From positions 4,238 to 68,237 of the forward strand of contig JAUWOU010000004.1 of NCBI GenBank assembly GCA_030612005.1: a DNA stretch of 64,000 nucleotides. The letters are read 5' to 3'. Below, one piece after another: positions 40,227 to 50,439 of the stretch (within the stretch, counting starts at the first letter, position 1; each line of letters opens with the position of its first letter). Origin of the DNA: Candidatus Thorarchaeota archaeon (GTDB taxonomy: Archaea > Asgardarchaeota > Thorarchaeia > Thorarchaeales > Thorarchaeaceae). The notes under the pieces are model-generated. The model did no database searches, was not told the origin of the DNA, and saw nothing but the letters and a program-made list of their open reading frames with translations. The position numbers and the translations under genes are program-made.

Positions 40227-41240
40227 TTAACAGACTCGAGGTACTGGTTCACCATAAGGTACCTGTATCACTTTTCTTCCACCAATTGCAGTCTTCATAA
40301 GAACCCTCGATGGACCTTTCTGGAATTTCCCTACGAGTTGGGCATCTTTGGTAGATTCATGCTTGCGAAGAACTCCAAGGATATCATCTGTGTAATTGGA
40401 ATCAACAGCCATTACGAATTTACCTTCACTGCTCATGTGTAGTGGATTCAGACCCAGTACTTCACAGAGTGACTGGACTGCTGGGCGAACTGGAATAAGG
40501 CTCTCTTGAATTTCAAGTTCCAATTGTGATTTCGATGCTATTTCATTTAGTGCAACCGCCGTACCACCTCTTGTGGGATCTTTCATTGCATGAACACCCC
40601 CCACATCAAGACAATCATGAATTGGATTCCAAAGTGGAGCAACATCACTAGTCAGACTGGTTTCAAACTCCAAACCTTCTCGATGTGCCAAGAGGACTGT
40701 ACCATGGTCTCCGATGGGACCAGAGATTATGAGGTCATCACCTGCCCTTGCACCTCCATCGGACACTGGTCGGTCAAGATAGATTTCACCAATACCAGTA
40801 GTGGACATGATGAGTCCATCTAGGGTTCCAACTGGCATGACCTTCGTATCCCCGGCAACCATTGCGATACCTAGTGGTTCGATGATACTGTTCAAAGAGG
40901 TGAGCACTGTCTGAAGTGTTTCAATCTTTGTTCCTTCTTCAACAATGACTGTATTTGTCATTGCAATTGGTCGAGCACCCATGACAGCTATATCATTCAC
41001 TGTGCCACAGGCTGTTAGAGTGCCCAAATTACCGCCTGGAAAAAAGATTGGATGAACAGTATGTGCATCAGTGCATACAATCAGATTAGTTCCAGATACC
41101 TGAACAGTAGCTCCATCATCCATCTCATCAAGACCGATAGAGCCACTCTTTCTTCGACTAAACGAGGGAATGATTACTTCTTCCAACAATCGCTGCATAA
41201 TCTTACCACCAGCACCGTGAGCGGATTCTATCGTAGGCAT
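40227..41240 (-). CDS. hypE: Hydrogenase maturation protein HypE
   Basis: HGAGG, FFPGGNLG, GDTKV, MKDPTRGG, terminal PRVC. Confidence 0.95.
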   Translation of the reverse strand: MPTIESAHGAGGKIMQRLLEEVIIPSFSRRKSGSIGLDEMDDGATVQVSGTNLIVCTDAHTVHPIFFPGGNLGTLTACGTVNDIAVMGARPIAMTNTVIVEEGTKIETLQTVLTSLNSIIEPLGIAMVAGDTKVMPVGTLDGLIMSTTGIGEIYLDRPVSDGGARAGDDLIISGPIGDHGTVLLAHREGLEFETSLTSDVAPLWNPIHDCLDVGGVHAMKDPTRGGTAVALNEIASKSQLELEIQESLIPVRPAVQSLCEVLGLNPLHMSSEGKFVMAVDSNYTDDILGVLRKHESTKDAQLVGKFQKGPSRVLMKTAIGGRKVIQVPYGEPVPRVC

Positions 41241-41397
41241 CTGTCATTCTCCGAGTATTCGATATGTCAAGATAATTATAGATTGTATTTGAACAGAACT
41301 ATTGGGACGTCCTAGTGTCTGTGGAAGTTCGCCACTAAGCAAGATTTAAAACCACTCCACAGAGTGCGTCATTGACCTAACAAAGAGGTAGTCAAAT

Positions 41398-41775
41398 ATG
41401 GCCATCTGGCATAGAAGATCTAATCGTACAAGCACTGGATCTCGATTAAGGCGATTCCGTAGCAAGAGAAAGTATGAGATGGGCCGCACTCCAACTGAAA
41501 CCCTGATGGGTGACACAAAGAGGATAATAGTCGATAGCAGGGGTAAGGCAAAGAAGACACCAGCCCTTAGAATTCAATTTGCTAACGTAACAGACCCTGC
41601 AAAGGGAGTTACATTTCGTGCAGAGATTCAGGACGTTGAAACGAATCCTGCAAACATGGACTACCAACGGAGAAAGGTCATCACCAGAGGTACAATCATC
41701 AAGACTACAAAGGGTCGTGCTAAGGTCACAAATCGCCCAGGTCAAGATGGTATTCTGAATGCCATACTAATCTAG
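41398..41775 (+). CDS. rps8e: 30S ribosomal protein S8e
   Basis: KRKYEMGR, VITRGTII, RPGQDGILNA. Confidence 0.96.
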   Translation: MAIWHRRSNRTSTGSRLRRFRSKRKYEMGRTPTETLMGDTKRIIVDSRGKAKKTPALRIQFANVTDPAKGVTFRAEIQDVETNPANMDYQRRKVITRGTIIKTTKGRAKVTNRPGQDGILNAILI

Positions 41776-41807
41776 TTTTGTTAGATTATTTCCTGTAAAG
41801 TTTTTCA

Positions 41808-42200
41808 CTATGTAGTGGATTCTGAAATTTCTGCTTCTATGCTAGCAATGATGAAGTCCTTTCCACCAGTGATTGTAGTCGAGCTGGATCCACATTTGGG
41901 ACATTTCATCGGAGCAAAGACAGCTATCTGAGGTGGAATATCAGGGTCAACCTTAGATTCTCCTTCAAAACCACAATCACCACATAAAAGCTGACCTTTG
42001 ACTATTTTTATGCAAAGTTCTGCACCCTCCACTATTGTATTCTTACTTGCAATCTCAAAGTTGAATGAAAGCTGTTCAGGAATTAGAAATGTAAACTCGC
42101 CCACTTCAACATTAACTACTGTGATCTTTGTAGCATTGTTGCTCTTAGCAGCTTCTAGGGCTGTATCAACAATTGAACATGCAGCAGAGAATTCGTGCAA
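41808..42200 (-). CDS. hypA: Hydrogenase nickel chaperone HypA
   Basis: MHEFS (TTG start at 42200), CGDC...CPKCGS. Confidence 0.92.
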   Translation of the reverse strand: MHEFSAACSIVDTALEAAKSNNATKITVVNVEVGEFTFLIPEQLSFNFEIASKNTIVEGAELCIKIVKGQLLCGDCGFEGESKVDPDIPPQIAVFAPMKCPKCGSSSTTITGGKDFIIASIEAEISESTT

Positions 42201-42322
42201 ATGGAGGCACCATGTAAATGATGTTTTATGCCAGTTAAGTCGTTTCCGTTGTGGCGAAAGCAACTAAGACACTTTTTATATGAAACAGTGTTTATTCCTG
42301 TCGCGTTTGAGGAGTTATCATC

Positions 42323-42877
42323 TTGTCAAAGTCTACTAAGACAGCCAAGAAAGGGAGTAAGCCAAAAAAAAGGGATACTGTAAAAACCACTAAAATTACA
42401 AAGACGAAGAAGGCATCAGCTCCTAAGAAGAAGAAGACAGCAAAGAAGAAACCAGCTCCAAAAAAGAAAACTACGAGTAAAAAGAAGAAAAGCCCAACAA
42501 AAACTGCTGTTGATCGTGCTGTATTAAAAGAACTCGAAAATGAGATGGGAAACCAAGATGAACAGGTCAGTCTTGGGGCGATTGGAAGACTAGGTCTCAT
42601 GAAGAACCGTCAGGCAACACAGGTTTTGATTGTCGGACTCAAAGACCCAAGGCATATGGTCAGAATTCATGTAGCAGCTCAACTTGGAGAAAGAAAAGAC
42701 TCGAAAGCAGTCGATGCTCTAATCGATGCCCTTCAGGACGAATCAATTTTCGTGAGACAAACGGTAGCAGGAGCTCTTGAAAATATAGGTAGTGCAAAGG
42801 CAAAGAAAGCAGTCAAAAAGGCTGAAAACGATAACTTACTTCTTGATGAACTACCTGAAGGTCGACGTTTAGACTAA
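42323..42877 (+). CDS. HEAT-repeat protein with Lys/Ala/Pro/Thr-rich N-terminus
   Basis: KKASAPKKKKTAKKKPAPKKK then LKDPRHMVR..AAQLG and LQDESIFVR..AGAL repeats. Confidence 0.8.
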   Translation: MSKSTKTAKKGSKPKKRDTVKTTKITKTKKASAPKKKKTAKKKPAPKKKTTSKKKKSPTKTAVDRAVLKELENEMGNQDEQVSLGAIGRLGLMKNRQATQVLIVGLKDPRHMVRIHVAAQLGERKDSKAVDALIDALQDESIFVRQTVAGALENIGSAKAKKAVKKAENDNLLLDELPEGRRLD

Positions 42878-42978
42878 GAGCAATCTTCCTTCAAATCAAG
42901 GATACTATGAGCTAGCTCTTCTTATATTGCTGAAGTAATCGATGAATATTAGAAGCCTGAAACCCGGAGGCAGTAAGT

Positions 42979-43518
42979 ATGGAAGACCATGGTGAAATTG
43001 CTAAACTTGAAGCGGCAATCAAAGATCTTGACCTTGATTATATGCGTGGATGGGTGTCAGAAGAAGAATACCAGACAAAGATGAATGGACTGAAATCAAG
43101 TTTGATAGCAGCTGGAGGAACCCCATCAGCATCGCCTACTCCAAAAATAGAAGCATCAGAGATACAGACTGCCAAATTGCAACCACCTCAGATAAAAAAG
43201 AAAGCTACTGTTGATCCTGTTACAGCTGTAAAGAGAACTGTTCAAGCAATGAGAAGAATATCAATAGAGAGATTATCTCAGGAGTCTGGAGTTTCAGCAC
43301 ACAATGTTACCAAGATTTTAGGAGACCTTCTTGATGGAAGAGAACTCTCTGGCAGAGTTGACCACGATGCAGGTGATTTCATTCTTGGAACAGGAACCGG
43401 TCCTCCACCTAAAACCATTCATGGTTGTCCCTATTGTAGAACTGAGTTAGAGAGAGTAGCAGTGAAGGGAGAAACAGTTACCTGTTCAGTGTGTAGAGAG
43501 TCCTTCATTGTATCATAA
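42979..43518 (+). CDS. SHOCT-like + PCI-like winged helix + zinc ribbon protein
   Basis: GWVSEEEYQ; RISIERLSQESGVS..V..IL.DLL..RELSGRVD; CPYC...CSVC. Confidence 0.6.
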   Translation: MEDHGEIAKLEAAIKDLDLDYMRGWVSEEEYQTKMNGLKSSLIAAGGTPSASPTPKIEASEIQTAKLQPPQIKKKATVDPVTAVKRTVQAMRRISIERLSQESGVSAHNVTKILGDLLDGRELSGRVDHDAGDFILGTGTGPPPKTIHGCPYCRTELERVAVKGETVTCSVCRESFIVS

Positions 43519-43546
43519 TCAATTCTCAACCAGGTGATATTCTCAA

Positions 43547-44818
43547 ATGGACCTTGTTGAATCATGTCTAAAGGCAAAGGGTAGAGAGGCTGTGAAAGCA
43601 GTCAGAGCTATGTTACCTTCTGTTAGACCATCAGCAATCTGGGCAATAATAATGCACGCAGCAGCATGGCATGAGGAACGATCATATGATACATCTCATG
43701 CTACAATTGCAGTTTATACAGTTCATCGGATGATTGAGAGTCTTGGTGAACATTCAAGTCTGATAACAGAGAATGCCCTTGCGTCACAGACAATTAACCT
43801 TCCTGATGAACATAGGACAAGCTTGCAGGAGGTATTGGTCGAACGGCTAGCATATCATTTAGCCGATACAGATCACTGGCGACCTGAACATGGTCCGCGA
43901 TATGACATTAGAACTCGGCTTGATTCAAAAGGAAATGCAGTTCAAATCTATGTTCAGTCAATTAGAGAGCATGTACAAATGAGTGCTCTGAAAGCTGCTG
44001 CAGTTCTAGGAGCAAGAAACGATCGTACTATGCTCATCAGAGCTACAGCATCAATAGCAGCAGAAGAACCGGATAGGCTAGGACATGGTTTCATTATGCC
44101 TACTTCTCTTGCCATGGAGCTTCCAGCCCCAGAATATACTCGACCACATATTGCTTCATTATGGCATCTCACAGAGTATCTATCAAGAAAAGTATCATCC
44201 AAGGCTGTTGAAGGGTTCAGTATGGATGAAAAGATAGGAAAATTTACAAAACAGACTGACCTATCGCCTAATCAAAATCTATTCTTGAATTCAGTAATTA
44301 ATATTGGAACCTTAGGGCATAATGCAATTTTCGCACATAGAATATCAGAGGCTGCACGATTAGGTCTTGTCAATACAAATACAATCCAGTGGCTTCTGAA
44401 AAAACTTGAACGGAATGTTGGATCTAATATTGATGTTGCGGACGACTTGTCGCTCACCGACCTCATTAGTAAAAAGGAGGGTACTAACTGGGACGTCCAA
44501 CCCACTGAGATTAGTTTACCAAGTTCGAAGAAAGTCAGGGAATGGATATGTGCAGAACATGAGGATCTTTGGGATGCAATGTTTCATCAAGAATCATCAG
44601 TGTTTGAAAACATGATTCTAGAGATGGATGATGATTCTTGGCCAATAGTAAGAGCATTACAATACGCGATGGTTGCATTTACTGGAGATATGGAAGCCTC
44701 ACATCCATTGATTTTCACCCAATCTGTTTGGGGTCTAGTTGATAATCAACTAGTTTCAGATTCTCTTGTTGCATTACAGGTTCATAGGTTTCTCAGAGAA
44801 CAACTAAATGGAATGTAA
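43547..44818 (+). CDS. Hypothetical helical protein with four His-containing repeats
   Basis: SHATI, GHGFI, GHNAIF, SHPLIF. Confidence 0.7.
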   Translation: MDLVESCLKAKGREAVKAVRAMLPSVRPSAIWAIIMHAAAWHEERSYDTSHATIAVYTVHRMIESLGEHSSLITENALASQTINLPDEHRTSLQEVLVERLAYHLADTDHWRPEHGPRYDIRTRLDSKGNAVQIYVQSIREHVQMSALKAAAVLGARNDRTMLIRATASIAAEEPDRLGHGFIMPTSLAMELPAPEYTRPHIASLWHLTEYLSRKVSSKAVEGFSMDEKIGKFTKQTDLSPNQNLFLNSVINIGTLGHNAIFAHRISEAARLGLVNTNTIQWLLKKLERNVGSNIDVADDLSLTDLISKKEGTNWDVQPTEISLPSSKKVREWICAEHEDLWDAMFHQESSVFENMILEMDDDSWPIVRALQYAMVAFTGDMEASHPLIFTQSVWGLVDNQLVSDSLVALQVHRFLREQLNGM

Positions 44819-44831
44819 AAAGAAGAATGCG

Positions 44832-44848
44832 GAGAGGATTGTCCTCTC
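44832..44848. terminator. Hairpin between convergent genes
   Basis: GAGAGGA-TTG-TCCTCTC. Confidence 0.45.
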
Positions 44849-44867
44849 TCACATAATCTGTAGTTGT

Positions 44868-46427
44868 TTATTCGTCGCCCTTTTTGTAGGACTCGGCAAG
44901 TAAATCAGGAATATACCGTACCTTCATCTCTGTACCTTTCATCATATCGTTAAGTTGAATTGTACAGAAAGGACACTCTGTGGTCACCATATCGGCACCG
45001 GTTTCTTCTATGTACTCTTTCCTGGTATTAGCAATCTGTTGGGAAAGTTCTCGATAACCTGCACGAACTCCTCCACCTGCACCACAACAACGATCCTTCA
45101 TGGGATCATCAATATACTCAACACCAGGTATTAGTTTCAACAATTCAATAGGTTGATCGACAACACCCTGACCACGACCAAGATGACAAGGTTCGTGGTA
45201 AGTGATTTTCAGATTAATCTCACCCTTTGGAGGTACGATATTCTCCTTGCCAATCACATCAAGCATGTATTCTGCCAAATCATAGACCTTGTACGTTGGA
45301 GGTGTACCACGCTCTTCCTCAATAAGAGGATAATGATCTTCACGGAGAGTCTTTCCACAACCTGCACATGCCACAACAACAGTATCAAAATTGTATTTTT
45401 CAACTGCTTTTTCGAATATCTCAGTGACTCTTCTTGCTGAATCTCTACCTGTGTTTAAATCACCAGTTCGGAAGGCGGGACTTGCACAGCACCACTGTTC
45501 CTTCGGTACAATAACATCAATATGATTGCGATTAAGGACATCAATCAGTGCCTTGCCAGTACTCTGCATTCGATAGTCAATTAGACATCCAGTAAAGAAA
45601 CCAACTCGTCCACGTGGATTATCCACCAAGAACTCCTCTGTACCAAGGTCTTCCAAAAGAGGGGTATCCTTCACTGTTACAGAGCGTCCAGTTTTATTGA
45701 CTTCATCAAGGAACGCTTGTTGACCGGGATCAAGTGGATATCCAGCCTCAACAGCCTTAGCTCTAAGAAGCTCTACAGCGAGAGCAGGTATCTTGATGCT
45801 TTTTGGACATATGTCCTCGCACATCTTACAGGTAGTACATGAATAGACCGCCTCATTCATCGCCATTGCTACACGGTCTTCCACATCACGCGGGTCTAGC
45901 TCCAATCGTGCTATCTGGCGAATGATCATGGGACCAGGATAGTCCCAGGTTTCATGTACAATTGGACAGTTTGAGAGACAGGCACTGCACTCGATACACT
46001 TTCTAATCTCACGCAACTTCTCAATTTGTTCAGAATGAATGATTTCAGGGTGTACTGGTTTTTTATCTCGTGCAACATAAGGACGAATCCGTCGCAATCG
46101 ATAAGTTACTTGAGCCATATCATTGACAAGATCTTTGATTACGGGCATCTTCTCCAGTGGTTCAAGAACGAGATCTTCATCAGGTTCAACCTTTGTCCTG
46201 CATGCGACTCGAGCAGTTTTATTCACTCTAACAGCACAGGAACCACATTGACCACCTCTGCATTCCCAGCGAAATGCTAGACTTGAGTCAAACTTATCTT
46301 GAATATAGAGAAGTACATCTAATACTGTCATTCCAGGCTCGTATTCAACATCAAAATCTTGGAGATATGGTTGATCATCAGAGTCAGGATTGTATCTTAG
46401 GACACTTGTTTTGATTGTCTTTGTCAT
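44868..46427 (-). CDS. tfrB: Thiol:fumarate reductase Fe-S subunit (SdhB-like fused to CCG domains)
   Basis: CRGGQCGSC, CIECSAC, CTTCKMC, YHEPCHL, CCGAGGG, CPFC. Confidence 0.85.
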   Translation of the reverse strand: MTKTIKTSVLRYNPDSDDQPYLQDFDVEYEPGMTVLDVLLYIQDKFDSSLAFRWECRGGQCGSCAVRVNKTARVACRTKVEPDEDLVLEPLEKMPVIKDLVNDMAQVTYRLRRIRPYVARDKKPVHPEIIHSEQIEKLREIRKCIECSACLSNCPIVHETWDYPGPMIIRQIARLELDPRDVEDRVAMAMNEAVYSCTTCKMCEDICPKSIKIPALAVELLRAKAVEAGYPLDPGQQAFLDEVNKTGRSVTVKDTPLLEDLGTEEFLVDNPRGRVGFFTGCLIDYRMQSTGKALIDVLNRNHIDVIVPKEQWCCASPAFRTGDLNTGRDSARRVTEIFEKAVEKYNFDTVVVACAGCGKTLREDHYPLIEEERGTPPTYKVYDLAEYMLDVIGKENIVPPKGEINLKITYHEPCHLGRGQGVVDQPIELLKLIPGVEYIDDPMKDRCCGAGGGVRAGYRELSQQIANTRKEYIEETGADMVTTECPFCTIQLNDMMKGTEMKVRYIPDLLAESYKKGDE

Positions 46428-46439
46428 ATGATAGCCTCC

Positions 46440-48128
46440 TCATGGTGGTGTAATCTTTGTAATCACAAGGTCATCCTTTTGCATCTCCATCTTGCCATCC
46501 TTGCCTTTCTTGATTACAATGTTATAGTAGCCCTTATCGTTAGGATCAGCATCAACACGATAATGGGCGCCTCTGCTACCCTTTCTCATAACCGCCGCTT
46601 CTGCAACCATTCTTGCAGTAAGGACCATGTTAACGAATTCCATGGCTTGATGCCAACCGGGGTTGAACCTCTTAACAGGTACATCGACTTTGATGTTTGG
46701 TACAACCTCTTTCTCTATTCGACGTAATTCATTGACCGCAAATTGCATATCCTCTTCCTTTCGGAAGATTTGCACCTTTTCCCACATAAGCTCGGTCAAT
46801 TCACTCCTCGCATCTGCAGGAGAGATTCCATCTTTTCTATTGAGCATTGATTCTATACGCTCGAACTCCTGTGTGATAGTTTTTCTATCTACACCAAGGT
46901 GTGATACAGATTTAGCGTATTTTGCTGCACTCTCACCTGAGATTGCTCCATATACTTGAGTATCAGCAAGAGCATTTCCTCCGAGCCTATTTCCACCATG
47001 AAGTCCACCCGTACATTCACCCGATGCGAAGAGACCAGGAATTATAGTGCCTGCATCCTCATCAGTCTTGATTCCACCCATGAAGTGATGAGCGGTTGGT
47101 GATACCTGCATTGGTTCTTCTCGGATATCAATACCCGCGTCCTCAAATTGTTCTATCATACTCTCAAGACGGAATTCCACAATAGACTTTGGCAAGTGTG
47201 CAATACTAAGATAAGCGCCACCATCTGGGGAACCTCTTCCCTCAAGAACTTCGGTCATTATTGACCTTGCAACTTGGTCACGACCTGCAAGTTCCATAAC
47301 TTCAGGATAGTAACGATTCATGAAACGTTCACCCTTGTTGTTAAGGAGTATTCCACCCTCACCTCGTACAGCTTCAGTCACAAGTCTACCCTTAGCAGAC
47401 TCGGGTTTGACCATACCTGTGGGGTGAAACTGTATCATCTCCATGTCAATCAGTTCACAACCAGCTTCATAGGCCATACCATAGCCATCTCCAACATCGA
47501 GCTGAGCGTTGCTTGTGACACTGAAGATTCTACCAGCTCCGCCAGTGGCCATGACTACTGATTTTGCACGGAATACAAGATAATCACCATACTTTAGATC
47601 TACAGCACAAACACCTGAGATTTTGCCATTGGTGATAAGAAGCTTAGTTGCAAAGACTTCGTCAAAAACTCTGACAGAGGTCTTCCTAATTGCCTCAGTC
47701 AGTGTAACCATAATCTCTGAACCTGTTCGGTCAGAAGCATAAGCGGTTCTACGCCAACTCTGCTTTCCAAATGTTCTCTGAGCAATTTTACCTTCGGGGG
47801 TTCTATCGAAAACTGCGCCCATATCTTCGAGATCGAAGATTCTCTGAGCGGCTTGTTCTACAAGAATTTCAGCTAGTTTCTGATTATTGATGTAGTTTCC
47901 TCCCGAAATTGTGTCCTTGAAGTGAGTTTCAGGATTGTCGTCTGGGTCGACATTTCCTAGGGACACATTTAATCCTCCCTCGGCCATGGCTGTGTGAGCC
48001 TTGCCAAGGAGCTCTTTGCTCAGCATAATAACGTCAAGGTTGTTTGCAGCAGCCTCAATTGCAGCGCGGCAGCCAGCTCCGCCAGCACCAACAACGAGAA
48101 TATCACACATTATTGTCTTATAATCCAA
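46440..48128 (-). CDS. tfrA: Thiol:fumarate reductase / succinate dehydrogenase-type flavoprotein
   Basis: GAGGAG, AHTAMAEGG, QFHPTG, TEAVRGEGG, HHFMGG, HGGNRLGGN. Confidence 0.88.
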   Translation of the reverse strand: MDYKTIMCDILVVGAGGAGCRAAIEAAANNLDVIMLSKELLGKAHTAMAEGGLNVSLGNVDPDDNPETHFKDTISGGNYINNQKLAEILVEQAAQRIFDLEDMGAVFDRTPEGKIAQRTFGKQSWRRTAYASDRTGSEIMVTLTEAIRKTSVRVFDEVFATKLLITNGKISGVCAVDLKYGDYLVFRAKSVVMATGGAGRIFSVTSNAQLDVGDGYGMAYEAGCELIDMEMIQFHPTGMVKPESAKGRLVTEAVRGEGGILLNNKGERFMNRYYPEVMELAGRDQVARSIMTEVLEGRGSPDGGAYLSIAHLPKSIVEFRLESMIEQFEDAGIDIREEPMQVSPTAHHFMGGIKTDEDAGTIIPGLFASGECTGGLHGGNRLGGNALADTQVYGAISGESAAKYAKSVSHLGVDRKTITQEFERIESMLNRKDGISPADARSELTELMWEKVQIFRKEEDMQFAVNELRRIEKEVVPNIKVDVPVKRFNPGWHQAMEFVNMVLTARMVAEAAVMRKGSRGAHYRVDADPNDKGYYNIVIKKGKDGKMEMQKDDLVITKITPP

Positions 48129-48330
48129 CTACGGACCTCCAGTAGAGAGTTCTCCATTGGTTAAACCGTCGAGTTTGTGCTCCCCGTTTAAGAGTTACTG
48201 TTGAGGTTGATTAGCAATAGAAGAAGAATAGGCAGAAAATCAAGGCTGGTAATTCAAATGCTAAGTCTTTCGTATTATTGATTCAAATTTACTAAGGAAA
48301 GTTTATGTTTTTTAAACCATAGTTGAGTAT

Positions 48331-48714
48331 GTGGTTGAAATGGCGTTTACAACAGTGACTGTAACAATATTTGTAAGCATGATAGCAATTATCTCTGCAA
48401 TTCTAGTGGGCCACTATTCTGTGCGGAGTCCGAATATAGGAACACTACAAGCTCTTGTTGTATCTGCAATAGCCATCCCTATTGGAATAGTAATTGTATC
48501 CGTTCCATTGTACAACATTGCTCTCTACGATTGGCCAATGACCTACGCTCCACTTCCACAATTTGCCATTTGGGTAGCAGCATTTTTAGGTGTAGTCCTT
48601 GGTTTCAAATCAGGAGAAATCTGGAACCAAGGGGATGCTAGTTGCATTCGATGTTTACTATCATTTGTCGCTATGCTGACAGTATTGTCACTGGTGATTG
48701 TGCTCATGCCCTAA
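48331..48714 (+). CDS. Four-helix membrane protein
   Basis: Hydrophobic segments throughout. Confidence 0.65.
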   Translation: MVEMAFTTVTVTIFVSMIAIISAILVGHYSVRSPNIGTLQALVVSAIAIPIGIVIVSVPLYNIALYDWPMTYAPLPQFAIWVAAFLGVVLGFKSGEIWNQGDASCIRCLLSFVAMLTVLSLVIVLMP

Positions 48715-48767
48715 AACCTACTCTTTGAATAAGTTACATTGAAAAATCAGGCAATGAATAGAGCGTT

Positions 48768-48783
48768 GGGGCCCAAAGGCCCC
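48768..48783. terminator. GC hairpin between convergent genes
   Basis: GGGGCC-CAAA-GGCCCC. Confidence 0.45.
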
Positions 48784-48790
48784 GTTACGT

Positions 48791-49399
48791 TCATTCTTTG
48801 ACACCAATCTTGGAGTAGACCTCAGCCTTTCGGGCTGCGACCATCTTATCCATATCATCGTGCATGCTATTACCATGTGAATCCATTGTCACCAAGAGTG
48901 GACCGAACTCCTCTGCTGTGATAACCCATAGAGCTTCAGGCATACCTAGGTCAGACCAGAGATAGCCCGTTACCTCTTTGAGGCCTTTAGCCGCAAGAGC
49001 ACCGCACCCACCAGTGTAGCTGGTGTAGACAGCTCCTACTTCTTTCAGAGCACTCAAGGTCTTTTGGCCCATTCCACCTTTTCCAACAAGAATTCGTGCC
49101 TTGTACTTCCGGAGGAACTCATCTTCAAATAGCTCCATCCTAGCACTGGTTGTTGGACCAGCAGAAACAACTTTCCACTTGCCATCCTTTTGCCAGGCAA
49201 GAGGACCTACATGGTAGACCACACTACCCTCGAAATCCACTGGAGTTTTTTCGCCTTTCTCATACATTTCCAAAGCACGTTCATGTGCTTCATCACGGGC
49301 AGTATAGACATGCTCACCTGTAACATAGACAATGTCGCCAACTTTGAGCTTTCGCGCATCTTCCTCAGAAATTGGTGTAGTTAAATGATATTCAGCCAT
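48791..49399 (-). CDS. Class I fumarate/tartrate hydratase beta subunit
   Basis: TARDEAH, GPTTSARM, GKGGMG, DLGMPEA, MDSHGNS. Confidence 0.93.
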   Translation of the reverse strand: MAEYHLTTPISEEDARKLKVGDIVYVTGEHVYTARDEAHERALEMYEKGEKTPVDFEGSVVYHVGPLAWQKDGKWKVVSAGPTTSARMELFEDEFLRKYKARILVGKGGMGQKTLSALKEVGAVYTSYTGGCGALAAKGLKEVTGYLWSDLGMPEALWVITAEEFGPLLVTMDSHGNSMHDDMDKMVAARKAEVYSKIGVKE

Positions 49400-50287
49400 T
49401 TAGTTACCCTCCATTGGGTGTGTTACATATATGACCTTCATATCCTTAGAGATTACAGCCTTGCTTTGCCGAGCAGCCCAGCATTGTACAGCAACGCCAA
49501 CAGGAAGACTGGCTGGATGTCGCATTGCATAGTCGACTTTGACACCGAGGACAGTTGTACTACCTCCAAGACCCATTGGTCCAATACCGGTAGTATTGAT
49601 GGCCTCCATAATTTCTTCCTCGATCTTTGCTACTTCAGGTTCGGGATGTTTGTCAGAAAGGGGTCTCATAAGCTGTTGTTTTGCAATCTTGATAGCAATG
49701 TCAGAACCACCACCAATGCCAACACCGATGATGTTTGGTGCACATGCCTTTCCCATGTAGTTCATTGCGTTGTCCACTACTAGTTTCTTAACACCAGTTA
49801 GGCCAACACCAGGTTTTAGCATGCCAACAATGCAGACGTTCTCGCTACCACCACCTTTTGGAAATGCTGTGATTTCAAGAGAGTCGCCTTCTACAATCTC
49901 CCAGTTTATCCAAGGTATCTTCACACCTGTGTTATCACCAGAATTACCTCCCACAATGGGATTCACTGCATTCGGCCGTATTGGAACCTCAACTGTTGCT
50001 TTTCTTGTTGCCATAGTTAGCGCATTCTTAATCTCCTCCATGAAGGGGAACTTTGCACCGACTTTGACATAGAAAATCATGATTCCTGTGTCCTGACACA
50101 TCGGAACACCGGATTCAGCAATTTCCATGTTAGTAAGAATAGCAGACAACTGAGTCTTAGCGGTTTCATTCGTTTCACGCTCATAGGCAGCTTTCAGGGC
50201 TTCTTCCACATCTTTTGGAAGCACTGTTGCAGCCTTCTTGAGCAGACGAAATGTCGTATCATGAATTACTTGGTAAGGATCTTCCAT
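49400..50287 (-). CDS. Class I fumarate/tartrate hydratase alpha subunit
   Basis: PMCQDTG, PKGGGSEN, GIGPMGLGG, HPASLPVGVAVQCWA. Confidence 0.93.
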   Translation of the reverse strand: MEDPYQVIHDTTFRLLKKAATVLPKDVEEALKAAYERETNETAKTQLSAILTNMEIAESGVPMCQDTGIMIFYVKVGAKFPFMEEIKNALTMATRKATVEVPIRPNAVNPIVGGNSGDNTGVKIPWINWEIVEGDSLEITAFPKGGGSENVCIVGMLKPGVGLTGVKKLVVDNAMNYMGKACAPNIIGVGIGGGSDIAIKIAKQQLMRPLSDKHPEPEVAKIEEEIMEAINTTGIGPMGLGGSTTVLGVKVDYAMRHPASLPVGVAVQCWAARQSKAVISKDMKVIYVTHPMEGN

Positions 50288-50439
50288 CTGATCAGCTTCT
50301 GAACAGTTGTTCTGGAAACCTAAATTTAGTCTCCAGACAACTGCCGAGTGGCTAACAGGTGGCTAATCTATATTACTATTCAACCACTGTGGCTATATGC
50401 TGAAAACTGAACAGTAATTTCAGTGGAGATATACGATAG

